Source: Candidatus Latescibacterota bacterium (lineage in GTDB: Bacteria; Latescibacterota; UBA2968). From it: a stretch of DNA of 64,000 bases. A program made the position numbers and the translations under genes. Below are positions 51,284-60,038 of the stretch, piece by piece. The notes beneath the pieces were generated by a model that made no database searches, was not told where the DNA came from, and was given only the letters and a program-made list of their open reading frames with translations. Within the stretch, counting starts at the first letter, position 1. Each line of letters opens with the position of its first letter. The stretch covers positions 2,880,001-2,944,000 of the forward strand of contig OZ244960.1 in the NCBI GenBank assembly GCA_965222605.1, written 5' to 3'.

Positions 51284-53350
51284 TTGCCTCAACTCGAACA
51301 CATTGAAGCCATTGAAAAGCGCCTGTGGGGAGCAGCCGATAACCTGCGGGCCAACTCCACTTATGCCAGCAACGAATACTTTCTCCCGGTCATGGGCCTG
51401 GTATTCCTGCGCTATGCGTACAGCCGCTACCTATCTGTAAAGGACGACATTGAAGCCAACCTGCCCACCCGCGGCGGTAAAAAACGAGCACTCACCAAAG
51501 AGGACTTCTCCCAGAAAAACGCCATCTATCTCCGGCCCAACGCACAGTTCGATTACCTCGTCGCCCTGCCCGACAGCGAGGACCGCGCCAAAGTCGTCAT
51601 CGAAGCAATGGAATCCATTGAAGCCGACTATGAAAGCCTGCGAGGTGCATTGCCCAAGAGCGAATACCAGGAACTGGACAACGACGTTCTCGGCCAACTC
51701 CTCCGCACACTCAACCCCGGCGCACTAAAACAAGTCTCTGGCGATGTCTTCGGACGCATCTACGAATACTTTCTCACCCAATTCGCCGACGACAAGGCTC
51801 ACGACGACGGCGAATTCTTCACTCCCGTCTCACTCGTGTCCCTAATCGCCCATGTACTCGAACCCGACTGCGGCACAGTACTCGACCCGGCCTGCGGATC
51901 TGGCGGCATGTTCGTGCAAAGTGCACGCACGGTTGAAGAACACGGCCAGCATCCCACCGAACAACTCACCTTCCGCGGCATAGAAAAAAACGCCACCACC
52001 ATCCGCCTTGCCAGAATGAACCTCGCAGTACATGGCCTTGAAGGCGACATCCGTCAGGCCATCACCTACTATGAGGACCCGCACGAATTGCTCGGCAAAG
52101 CCGACTACGTAATGGCCAATCCTCCCTTCAATGTCGATGAGATCGACGCGGACAAAGTCAAAACAGATCCACGCCTGCCCTTCGGCCTGCCCGGCGTGAA
52201 TAAAGAGAACAAAGTCAGCAGCGGCAACTACGTCTGGATCAGCTACTTCTATAGCTACCTGAATGAAACGGGCCGCGCAGGCTTTGTCATGTCCTCCCAG
52301 GCATCGAGTGCTGGCAGTGGCGAAGCCAAAGTGCGCCAAAAACTGGTAGAAACCGGCGATGTAGAAGCCATGATCGCCATTCGCTCCAACTTTTTCTACA
52401 CCCGCACCGTCCCTTGCGAATTGTGGTTTCTCAACCGCGCCAGACCCGAAGCCCATCGCGACAAAGTACTGATGATCGACGCCCGCAACATCTATCGCCA
52501 GGTCACGCGCAAAATATACGACTTCAGCCCCGAGCATGAGAAAAACATCCTCGCCATTATCCACCTCTATCGCGGCGAAACCGAGCGATTCCTCAACCTG
52601 GTATCCAACTACTTGCGTCGCGTCGTGGAAGAATCCCATGCGTGCTTCGAAATCAACGATGGCGAAACCATCCATCCCCTACCCGACTTCGTCAACGCGC
52701 TCACCCGGTTGCACGACCTGTTCGCGCCATCCCTGAAAACCCTGCCGAAAAACGGACAGCATGCCGAAACCCTCGCCGAATACGACAAAGCGCGGACAGC
52801 ATTCGCCGAGGCTATTGAGCAATTCCGCACCACCATCACAAAAACCGCACAAAATACCAGCACCGACCTGAACAAACAGGTGGCAGAATTCGCCCCCCTG
52901 ATCGAAATTAGTCGCGAACTATCCGAACACACCGACAGCCTCTACAAACTCGCCATCCGCATAACAGATATCTGCGAGACCTCGATCAATAACAGGACCG
53001 ACATCACCCGCGCCCGTAGAACCGCAGACGAAGCGCGAAAGATCGCTGTCGAACAACTCAAACAAGTACACTACTTCTACCAGCAGGCACAATGGCTCAT
53101 CAGGCGTTTCCCTGAAGCGAAACTATGCGACGTAGAAGGACTGGTCAAACTCGTAGATCGCGCCGAAATCGAAGCCAACGACTGGAGCCTGACCCCTGGC
53201 CGCTACGTCGGCGTTGCACCCGAAGAAGAGGACGAAAATTTTGACTTTGCCGAGGCCCTGCACGAGATCCACAAGGAAATAGAAGAACTCAACATCGAAG
53301 CCGTATCATTGGCAGCGACGATTAAGCGGAATTTTGAAACACTGCTTTGA
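51284..53350 (+). CDS. hsdM: Type I R-M N6-adenine methyltransferase subunit
   Basis: LWGAADNLR, GEFFTP, DPACGSGGMF, NPPF, SLTPGRYVG; TTG start. Confidence 0.93.
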   Translation: MPQLEHIEAIEKRLWGAADNLRANSTYASNEYFLPVMGLVFLRYAYSRYLSVKDDIEANLPTRGGKKRALTKEDFSQKNAIYLRPNAQFDYLVALPDSEDRAKVVIEAMESIEADYESLRGALPKSEYQELDNDVLGQLLRTLNPGALKQVSGDVFGRIYEYFLTQFADDKAHDDGEFFTPVSLVSLIAHVLEPDCGTVLDPACGSGGMFVQSARTVEEHGQHPTEQLTFRGIEKNATTIRLARMNLAVHGLEGDIRQAITYYEDPHELLGKADYVMANPPFNVDEIDADKVKTDPRLPFGLPGVNKENKVSSGNYVWISYFYSYLNETGRAGFVMSSQASSAGSGEAKVRQKLVETGDVEAMIAIRSNFFYTRTVPCELWFLNRARPEAHRDKVLMIDARNIYRQVTRKIYDFSPEHEKNILAIIHLYRGETERFLNLVSNYLRRVVEESHACFEINDGETIHPLPDFVNALTRLHDLFAPSLKTLPKNGQHAETLAEYDKARTAFAEAIEQFRTTITKTAQNTSTDLNKQVAEFAPLIEISRELSEHTDSLYKLAIRITDICETSINNRTDITRARRTADEARKIAVEQLKQVHYFYQQAQWLIRRFPEAKLCDVEGLVKLVDRAEIEANDWSLTPGRYVGVAPEEEDENFDFAEALHEIHKEIEELNIEAVSLAATIKRNFETLL

Positions 53351-53404
53351 AGTGGGAAGTAGGAAGTGTGAAGTAGGAAGTGTGAAGTAGGAAGTGTGAA
53401 ATGT
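53349..53404. repeat. 7-bp tandem microsatellite (GAAGTGT/GAAGTAG), ~8 copies
   Basis: gaagtgg gaagtag gaagtgt gaagtag gaagtgt gaagtag gaagtgt gaaatgt. Confidence 0.85.
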
Positions 53405-53541
53405 GCTGCCGCATGGGATGACCGCCAAATTGTGCAACGCACCGTTGCACAAATTCTATAGTTCCACGATGCGTCCTTCTTGACATAGCCCTATTTTTGT
53501 GATTATCGACCTGATATTTGGAAGATAAAGGGGTACAACAG

Positions 53542-53730
53542 ATGAAAAAATATCAAATCCCTGTGTCCAAACTGGACGATCCCGACATGCAAGCGGCACC
53601 CACCGCGCTTATGCGAGCCGCAAAACGCGCACACCTGATCGCACACCAGACCGGGACCAAAGTCGTGGTCATGCGCGATGGTAAAGTCGTGGAAATTGAA
53701 CCGGATCCGGAGATGTACAACGACATTTGA
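53542..53730 (+). CDS. Small protein resembling partners of zeta-toxin-like ATPases (orphan)
   Basis: ALMRAAKRAH..A.QTGTKVVVMRDGKVV; a second degraded copy is split by the IS. Confidence 0.55.
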   Translation: MKKYQIPVSKLDDPDMQAAPTALMRAAKRAHLIAHQTGTKVVVMRDGKVVEIEPDPEMYNDI

Positions 53731-53748
53731 ATTTGTTGGGCAATCGCG

Positions 53749-54036
53749 TCACGCCGTTGAATCTAACATGCCCTCAAAGTCATCAAGACTGGACACCTGT
53801 ATCGCCGCACGGTGCAACTGCTTGAGCTGCTGCACATCGTCAACAGCCGAAATACGAGCAGATAAGGGATGCGTCTCGCTCAGACCAAATCGAATCTCCA
53901 ACACTTCAAGGATAGCTTCGAGCGTGCTTTTTCTTTCCCCTCGCGCAATACCCTGCTCAATGCCTTCCTCAATACCTTCCTCTCTGCCTTCTTGCTTAAA
54001 GTATTGAATAAGAGATGATTCGCGGATGAGATCCAT
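53749..54036 (-). CDS. Putative in-frame internal short product (Rpn-S-like, 95 aa)
   Basis: AAGGAGG (54048-54042) just upstream of in-frame ATG 54036. Confidence 0.6.
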   Translation of the reverse strand: MDLIRESSLIQYFKQEGREEGIEEGIEQGIARGERKSTLEAILEVLEIRFGLSETHPLSARISAVDDVQQLKQLHRAAIQVSSLDDFEGMLDSTA

Positions 54037-54675
54037 GAGACCCTCCTTCAAAATAATATCAGAAACCGTTTCAGACGCGTAAACCAACTCGCTCAAAACC
54101 GCCATGCCTGCCAGATAATTGGACTTGCGCGTCCGTTCTATGCGGCGCGTCCGAGCCGTGTGAATACACTGATGCAACCACGCTTCTGAGGCCATCCCCT
54201 CAGGTGGTTTCATCAATGGCGTGAAAGGAATCAAACCCGATTGCCCCGATTCGAGGACACGCTGACCTTCTATCTCGATCAGCCGGATCACCTTGTATTG
54301 AATCACCACGCGGTAGCCGGAACGCTCCTGAACATAGTGCCCCGGGTCGGTCTTTCCCGCATTGGGACGCAGGTAAATGACGTTAGAATAGATCGGCAAA
54401 CCGTGATGCTCAATGGCGCGTCCGATATACCCTGCCATACGGCGTGGCATAGGCGGATTGGTACTATCGGTGGTTTGAAATTCATGGTGTACCAATACTT
54501 CTTCATCGCCGATTCGCACGCGGATGAAGCTGTCGCTGCGACGGGCTTCCACCGTGGTTTGCTCTGTTTCGATGACTTCAATGACCTCGACATCGTCTCG
54601 TGCGAGGGCAAAATGGGCGAAGTGGTCGGGATAGTGTTGAATGAGGTATTTGGAGATGGTGTCAATGTCTGCCAT
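53749..54675 (-). CDS. Rpn/YhgA-like PD-(D/E)xK nuclease (putative transposase family)
   Basis: RRSD...HHEFQ...MPRRMAGY core; C-terminal EGREEGIEEGIEQG repeats. Confidence 0.8.
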   Translation of the reverse strand: MADIDTISKYLIQHYPDHFAHFALARDDVEVIEVIETEQTTVEARRSDSFIRVRIGDEEVLVHHEFQTTDSTNPPMPRRMAGYIGRAIEHHGLPIYSNVIYLRPNAGKTDPGHYVQERSGYRVVIQYKVIRLIEIEGQRVLESGQSGLIPFTPLMKPPEGMASEAWLHQCIHTARTRRIERTRKSNYLAGMAVLSELVYASETVSDIILKEGLMDLIRESSLIQYFKQEGREEGIEEGIEQGIARGERKSTLEAILEVLEIRFGLSETHPLSARISAVDDVQQLKQLHRAAIQVSSLDDFEGMLDSTA

Positions 54676-55135
54676 AAGCGATGCCCTGGGTCTGAGGATT
54701 GGCGTCTTTTTAGAACACGAACAGTCAGAATTCCAGCAAACATCAGGCCAATGTCACAACATCGTGCAACAAATGGTATGGACAGCAATCAAATACCCTT
54801 ATTATGTCTTCAATATGCTGTATCGCGCCCTTTTTTTCAACTTGAATTTGTGGATTGCGTGTTTGGCGCAGAACAGCCTCTGTATATTTTGAGCGATGAA
54901 TGGGCGGTCATGTGAAAGATATGCACTATTCGCCTATATGTTCGCCGCGATGTTGCTTGTGTAACATCATTGAGTTATCTTTTGCTTTCGCACTTGTACG
55001 AGCCGCCAAACGCACACACAAAAACGCGCACCAGACCGGCACCAAAGTTGTGATCATGCGCGAGGAGACTATGTAGAATAGTGCCGAAGCGGGTAAAAAA
55101 GTGCGGGATCACGCCATAAGGATAGAGAGGGCAAT

Positions 55136-55172
55136 AAAAATAGGACTTGCGCCATAAGCAAGTCCTATTTTT
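55136..55172. terminator. Bidirectional terminator near the left IS end
   Basis: aaaaataggacttgc gccataa gcaagtcctattttt. Confidence 0.75.
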
Positions 55173-55263
55173 AATTACAGCTTTTTCAGGAGAAAGTTAT
55201 GGACAAAAAAAAGGCGCCAGAAATGGAACCTGACGTCCGGGATTTTGAAAAAGTTCTTGATGG

Positions 55264-55491
55264 TTATGAAGATTGGCGCCGGCGAAAGGTGCGTCTTTGT
55301 TCAAGCCGAATTTCGAGATCAGCGATCATAGAAGTGGCCACCCCTGCCGCGAACATTACAATCGCCCTTGCTTGATGTTCGTTGAATTGAGATTGGATTA
55401 CGAAGCCTTTGAGTATATCCAAATTCACGTCAAAGGACGGATACCGATATTTAATAAATTCCATCAAATCATCAAATTCTTTGTCGGTCAT
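55264..55491 (-). CDS. Hypothetical passenger protein
   Basis: 75-aa ORF with GGGAGG RBS. Confidence 0.5.
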   Translation of the reverse strand: MTDKEFDDLMEFIKYRYPSFDVNLDILKGFVIQSQFNEHQARAIVMFAAGVATSMIADLEIRLEQRRTFRRRQSS

Positions 55492-55821
55492 TTCAACGTC
55501 CTCCCATAAAAAAAGCGCAGATTACCCATGATTGCGAGTAACCTGCGTTTTGTGTTGTGTGGTACTTTGTGAGATACCCCTGTGCCCTGACAAAGTAAGG
55601 CAGGAGTCGGGCGTTGTCAACCCAAAAAAAGGTTCGATTACAAGTTTTTACAAAAAGTCTATTGATTTAACAATAGTATCAACCTATCTTATATACTGTC
55701 ACCAGCTACTGTTGCGATAGAATATGAGATTAAAAGCCTTGACGGACATCCTTACTGGATTCAAAGCCCAGTAGTTTGGTGACAGCCGTCAAGGCTTTTT
55801 TGTTTTGGGAGGGTATTTGTA

Positions 55822-56001
55822 ATGCAGAGGAATCCACACAAGTGCTACGAACATCGGGACAAAGAGCACCCAGATGTAGTCAACTTAGTCTCGATGTTGG
55901 CGAAATTGCGGAGTTATGGCGGCGGAGATGCTTATTACAGGTGTCCCTATTGTGCGTACTTGAAAGGATTTGAGGATGGCCGCAAAGAGAATGCGACGTA
56001 A
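55822..56001 (+). CDS. Small Cys/His-containing passenger protein (59 aa, not in the ORF track)
   Basis: GGGAGG RBS; MQRNPHKCYEH...RCPYCAYLKGFEDG. Confidence 0.55.
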   Translation: MQRNPHKCYEHRDKEHPDVVNLVSMLAKLRSYGGGDAYYRCPYCAYLKGFEDGRKENAT

Positions 56002-56265
56002 AACGCCGTGCTAATGGTTGGAGGACCACCGCGCGGCATCGGTTGGTAGGAGAGCCGGGGGTTGTTGTCTGAATAAGTGATTGCGAGCACTGTCAGAGCA
56101 ACGTCCCCCCGGCGATCCCGCCGGAACATGCACACACAGAAAAGGACTTTCTATGATTGATATTCACAGCGGGTAAATGAATTATCGAATAGAGATGTGG
56201 CGTAAAGAGGAACGTATAAACAACAAGGTGATGCAAACTTTGTCAACCCATATTTGGAGAAAGCT

Positions 56266-57153
56266 ATGCAGAAATTCGTTCTGATATTGTGCATTTTAAT
56301 AGTGGGCTGTGCGAAAGTGCCACTGCCTACACAGCCGGAGCAGAGAGAAAACACGACGCCTAATCCGTTGGCCGTTCAGGAATACGAACCGCCCATTCCA
56401 GAAAAAGAACCTTTTAACATTACGATTAAAGGGCTTGAACCCTACCACATGGCCACTTATGGCCTATTCGCGAGGGCGGCGGCAGACAAGTGGGAAAAGA
56501 TTATTGTCGAAGGGTTGCCCGATGTGGGAGAGATTGACGATGTGGTCATAGAATTTCAATGGGGCGGTACAGTTAAAAACTATCTCGCATCAGCACGCCC
56601 TTCCTTACAGCATTTGAGACACGGGAGCGGGCTGCCGTGTTACGGTGTCATAACGCTATACGACCCCATAGATGGATATATCAACAATTATGCTGATTTA
56701 AAAAACAGTGATATAACAAAAATCATCTTCCACGAAATGGGACATATTCTGGGGTTTGATTTGTGGACGCTGACTTACGGCGGACAAGGTGACAAGATAG
56801 AAAGTATTAATGGGGCGCAGTATTTCACGGGAGGAACGGCGATAGACGCCTACCGGGAAGCCCTTTATCAACAGGGCGAAAAATTGGCATACGCGATTCC
56901 CGACCTGCGCCTTCCTATTGAACCCGACGCTTTCCACTGGCGATACCCCGCACTTAAATGGGATGTTATGGCTCCGTTCTTTCACACAGACAACGTGGTG
57001 ACCAAAGTGACAATATGTGCATTAGACGATATGGGCTACACAGTAGATTTGTCGCAGGCTGAGGATCCAAAACCATCTCGGCTTACCAAACCCGCGATTG
57101 GCCGCCCAATTTTCAGGTGTGACGACAACGCCATATACGGGGTGGAGCCATGA
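56266..57153 (+). CDS. Lipoprotein zinc metalloprotease, leishmanolysin (M8)-like
   Basis: Lipobox IVGC; HEMGHILG; downstream HW...DVM Met-turn-like motif; ALDDMGY. Confidence 0.75.
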   Translation: MQKFVLILCILIVGCAKVPLPTQPEQRENTTPNPLAVQEYEPPIPEKEPFNITIKGLEPYHMATYGLFARAAADKWEKIIVEGLPDVGEIDDVVIEFQWGGTVKNYLASARPSLQHLRHGSGLPCYGVITLYDPIDGYINNYADLKNSDITKIIFHEMGHILGFDLWTLTYGGQGDKIESINGAQYFTGGTAIDAYREALYQQGEKLAYAIPDLRLPIEPDAFHWRYPALKWDVMAPFFHTDNVVTKVTICALDDMGYTVDLSQAEDPKPSRLTKPAIGRPIFRCDDNAIYGVEP

Positions 57154-57407
57154 TAGACGAAAAAAAATTGATAGACATTTCTTATGATTATAATGACTGG
57201 ATAGAAGGGGAAGCGTGGAAAAAGATAGAGAAAGAGTTTGGCGTAGAAATTTGGACACTCATAGAACGAGAAGTAAATTTGAAGATAGACTCTTTTATTA
57301 AGACTGAGCTATTAAAGAGAGACCGCACGATCTACGCCCACAGCACTGTTTTCCTTCTAATTGCTGTTGCTCTGACAATTGCTATTTGTTTTTTCTTTTG
57401 GGGATAA
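57150..57407 (+). CDS. Small membrane-anchored hypothetical protein
   Basis: ATGA overlap with the protease; C-terminal hydrophobic helix. Confidence 0.55.
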   Translation: MIDEKKLIDISYDYNDWIEGEAWKKIEKEFGVEIWTLIEREVNLKIDSFIKTELLKRDRTIYAHSTVFLLIAVALTIAICFFFWG

Positions 57408-57522
57408 GTGATTTTGGGTTGCATTCCCCCATGCGATTGGTTAAATTAAAAAGGCCGTGTCTATTGCCAGACACGGCCTTCGCTACGAATCACCACTTCC
57501 TCCATAGAAAGAAGGTGTTAAT

Positions 57523-57690
57523 ATGAAAATACGCAAAGATACCAGACAGGTCAAGCCCGGAGACTATGACATTGTATTGAACGCTCCGAAGAAGAAGAAA
57601 GACTGGCGATTGCGAGGGATTAAACAACCGAAGGGCGATTGGCGCATCGCAGGACTTCGTAAAAATAGAAAGGAGAGAGCAAATGTATAA
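57523..57690 (+). CDS. Small basic hypothetical protein (55 aa, not in the ORF track)
   Basis: GAAGGTG RBS; MKIRKDTRQVKPGDYDIVLNAPKKKKDWRLRG... Confidence 0.4.
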   Translation: MKIRKDTRQVKPGDYDIVLNAPKKKKDWRLRGIKQPKGDWRIAGLRKNRKERANV

Positions 57691-57880
57691 ATGTTTTTCA
57701 TGTAGTAATTTGGAAAGTCTTGAAAAACGCCTTAATGAATACTCGGAAGAAGGGTACCACGTTCTTGAGATATTCCAAATGCCAACAGAGTCACGCTCGC
57801 AGATAACATTTGCCGTCGTGATGTTCCAAGACAAATCCAGCGATAAGACTGGCGGAGCCAGTTACACTACTGATAAGTGA
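57683..57880 (+). CDS. Small hypothetical protein (DUF4177-like)
   Basis: AAGGAG RBS; LEKRLNEYSEEGYHV pattern. Confidence 0.5.
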   Translation: MYKCFSCSNLESLEKRLNEYSEEGYHVLEIFQMPTESRSQITFAVVMFQDKSSDKTGGASYTTDK

Positions 57881-58820
57881 TCGGCACGGGCGCAACCAAA
57901 TCCCGATAACGCAGCCTTTTCCCTTCAAATCCTTGCACGATCAGTTTCATCTGGTCGATGGTATCACGCGGTCGGATGTTCTGGCGTGTGACAAATTCGA
58001 GAACATATCTCTCCAAATGTTTTCGGCTGACGTAGTGGTACACGCCCATAATGGCGCGTTTTATCATCGACCAGAAAGATTCGATGCCGTTGGTGGAGCA
58101 CTCCCCGCGCACATATTCGCCCCGTGAATGACTGACCCATTCGTGGGGGTAGTCCATCCCCCTGTATTCATAAGCACCGTCGGTATAGACGGTGGCCCCA
58201 TCCTCTACGTGCTCGGAAATAAAGCCTTTGAGCGTTTCTTCGTCTGCCTGGTCAATAACGGTTGCGGAGACTTGTTTTGTCTCCCGCTCTTTCATACCGA
58301 CAACGCCCATTTTCCCGTCTCGCCAGTTCTCATGCAGCTTCTTCTTTGCGTGTTTGTTGGCTTCCTTTCCCCCGATATACGTTTCATCGACTTCTACCGG
58401 CCCGCCAAACAGGGTTTTTTTCCCGGAGAATGATTCGCGTATCCTGTGCATCAAGAACCACGCCGTTCTTTGTGTGACATTCAGATCGCGGTGCATCTTG
58501 AGAGAGGAAACCCCCTTCAAAGATGTATCGAACAGATACAGGGCGATTATCCATATCTGATAACCGAGATTTGAGGATTCCATCATCGTACCCAGCTTCA
58601 CCGAAAAGCGTTTGTCGCAATCTCGGCAGCGGTGGGGCATACTCGCGTGTGCGGCATGCTCGTTCACGTTGACACTTCCACAGCGCGGACACGCCATACC
58701 ATCAGGCCAGCGTGTGTGAATGAACCACTTTTCGGCACTCTCATCATCGGGGAACATCTTGAACAACTGAATCAGAGAGATACCTTCACGTTCAAACCTA
58801 CCTGGTGCGTTGTTAGCCAT
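57867..58820 (-). CDS. IS1595/ISXO2-family DDE transposase
   Basis: RWPDG.ACPRCGS...CRDC zinc ribbon, VEVDETYIGG, YTDG, NGIESFW. Confidence 0.93.
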   Translation of the reverse strand: MANNAPGRFEREGISLIQLFKMFPDDESAEKWFIHTRWPDGMACPRCGSVNVNEHAAHASMPHRCRDCDKRFSVKLGTMMESSNLGYQIWIIALYLFDTSLKGVSSLKMHRDLNVTQRTAWFLMHRIRESFSGKKTLFGGPVEVDETYIGGKEANKHAKKKLHENWRDGKMGVVGMKERETKQVSATVIDQADEETLKGFISEHVEDGATVYTDGAYEYRGMDYPHEWVSHSRGEYVRGECSTNGIESFWSMIKRAIMGVYHYVSRKHLERYVLEFVTRQNIRPRDTIDQMKLIVQGFEGKRLRYRDLVAPVPITYQ

Positions 58821-59250
58821 GGGCACACCTCATAGCTTTGCCTTGACTTTTGGCTCAACACACCTTATTTTTGTTTTATCGGGGAAGGAACTTATGTCTG
58901 CAATGACCAATTCCCTTTAGGGGCTTACGTTTTTGGCGAAACGTAAGCCTTCTTTTTATCCCCATAAAAAAATAAGGGGTTACGAATTACTATTAAGATA
59001 ACTCTGCAACCCCTTGAAATCAAGTGATTTTATGCTCATTTGAGCACTGTTTTTTTCGGCACTATTCTACATAGTCTCCATGCGCGATGGCAAAGTCGTG
59101 GAAATTGATCCAGAGATGTACAACGACATTTGAGGTAGAGTATATCTGCCCATATAGATGTGCAGAGGTGGCACGATTTCACATGATTCGCTACATTTAT
59201 TGTATAGTGGTATTTCAAAGAAATCTTCGGGCTGAATGGGATTGGGAGAA

Positions 59251-59352
59251 ATGAACTCTGAACATTTTGTGATAGATACCAACTGTTTCAGTCTGCGCTT
59301 CAACGATCTTCTGGCAGAATTGTTGCCTCGTGGAAAAAAGGAGGATATATGA
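59251..59352 (+). pseudogene. Possible PIN-toxin N-terminal remnant
   Basis: GGAG RBS; MNSEHFVIDTN contains the hydrophobic-DTN PIN motif; only 33 aa. Confidence 0.35.
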
Positions 59353-59837
59353 AAACTCAACAATTGAAAGTCTGGAGGTGGACATCAACAGGATTTCGAA
59401 CAGCAGATGGTGCTTCGGTTATCGCAGAAGGGCAAACTTATGCGACATCGGCGGGGTGGCGTTTTGAAAACCGATCTGAAATGATTGTAGCAATAAAAGA
59501 AGGATTGCCAGTAGCGACATTTGACGCATTAAAAAATGCTATGGGTATTTCTGAACAAGCTCTGGCTACTGTAACTAAAATTGCTGTACAGACACTGACA
59601 CGCCGAAAAAAAGAGGGACGATTGCATATCGATGAATCGGAACGACTGTTGCGTATTGGTATGCTGTATGATCGGGCTGTAGAGGTTTTGGGAGGACAGG
59701 AAGTTGCTCGTCAATGGTTTGCAACGCCATTAACTGCTCTTGGCAGCATTTCTCCACTGGATTATGCAGATACAGAACCAGGTGCTCGAGAAGTTGAAGA
59801 CCTTTTGGGACGCATTGAGTACGGGGTATTTTCATGA
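59349..59837 (+). CDS. Xre/MbcA/ParS family antitoxin
   Basis: IKEGLP, TLTRRK...ESERLLR, A..W...P..ALG...PL, LGRIEYG. Confidence 0.85.
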   Translation: MKTQQLKVWRWTSTGFRTADGASVIAEGQTYATSAGWRFENRSEMIVAIKEGLPVATFDALKNAMGISEQALATVTKIAVQTLTRRKKEGRLHIDESERLLRIGMLYDRAVEVLGGQEVARQWFATPLTALGSISPLDYADTEPGAREVEDLLGRIEYGVFS

Positions 59838-59977
59838 TGCTGACAGCCTGGCGAATTGTGCAGGCACATCAAACCACCGCTGAACCCCTGGTAAGGGGAT
59901 TATCACATCGTCCCACATTCCGCAAAACTACATTACTGATCACTCTGAAAAACTCGCGCCACTGGTGCGAGAAATAG
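59834..59977 (+). pseudogene. RES toxin remnant
   Basis: ATGA overlap with the antitoxin; MLTAWRIV start typical of RES toxins, then no recognisable similarity and a stop after 47 aa. Confidence 0.6.
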
Positions 59978-60038
59978 GTTAGTTGCATAAGAGAATCAAT
60001 GTGATGAACTTGCAGAAGAATTTTAGAGGGCAGGGAAT

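Larger units (their letters stand above)
55064..59079 (-). mobile_element. IS1595-family element with passenger genes (4016 bp)
   Basis: Perfect 25-bp TIRs GGAGACTATGTAGAATAGTGCCGAA (55064-55088 and 59055-59079); 8-bp TSD ATGCGCGA (55056-55063 and 59080-59087); transposase inside. Confidence 0.93.
54990..59133 (+). pseudogene. Second, 5'-truncated copy of the 53542 gene, interrupted by the IS1595 element
   Basis: ALVRAAKRTHKNAHQTGTKVVIMR (54990-55063) resumes as DGKVVEIDPEMYNDI* (to 59133). Confidence 0.8.

Noticed and set aside
53349-53404. Tandem repeat after hsdM as a CRISPR or phase-variation switch
   Set aside because: A simple 7-mer microsatellite starting at the stop codon, outside the coding region; similar heptamer runs occur elsewhere in the window.
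53430-53452. Palindrome ttgtgcaacg-cac-cgttgcacaa
   Set aside because: Single copy with no U-tract and no assignable regulator; insufficient support for a function.
55199-55375. 58-aa plus-strand ORF with AGGAG RBS at the left end of the IS
   Set aside because: Overlaps the 55264-55491 minus-strand ORF; cannot tell which is real, so it was not called.
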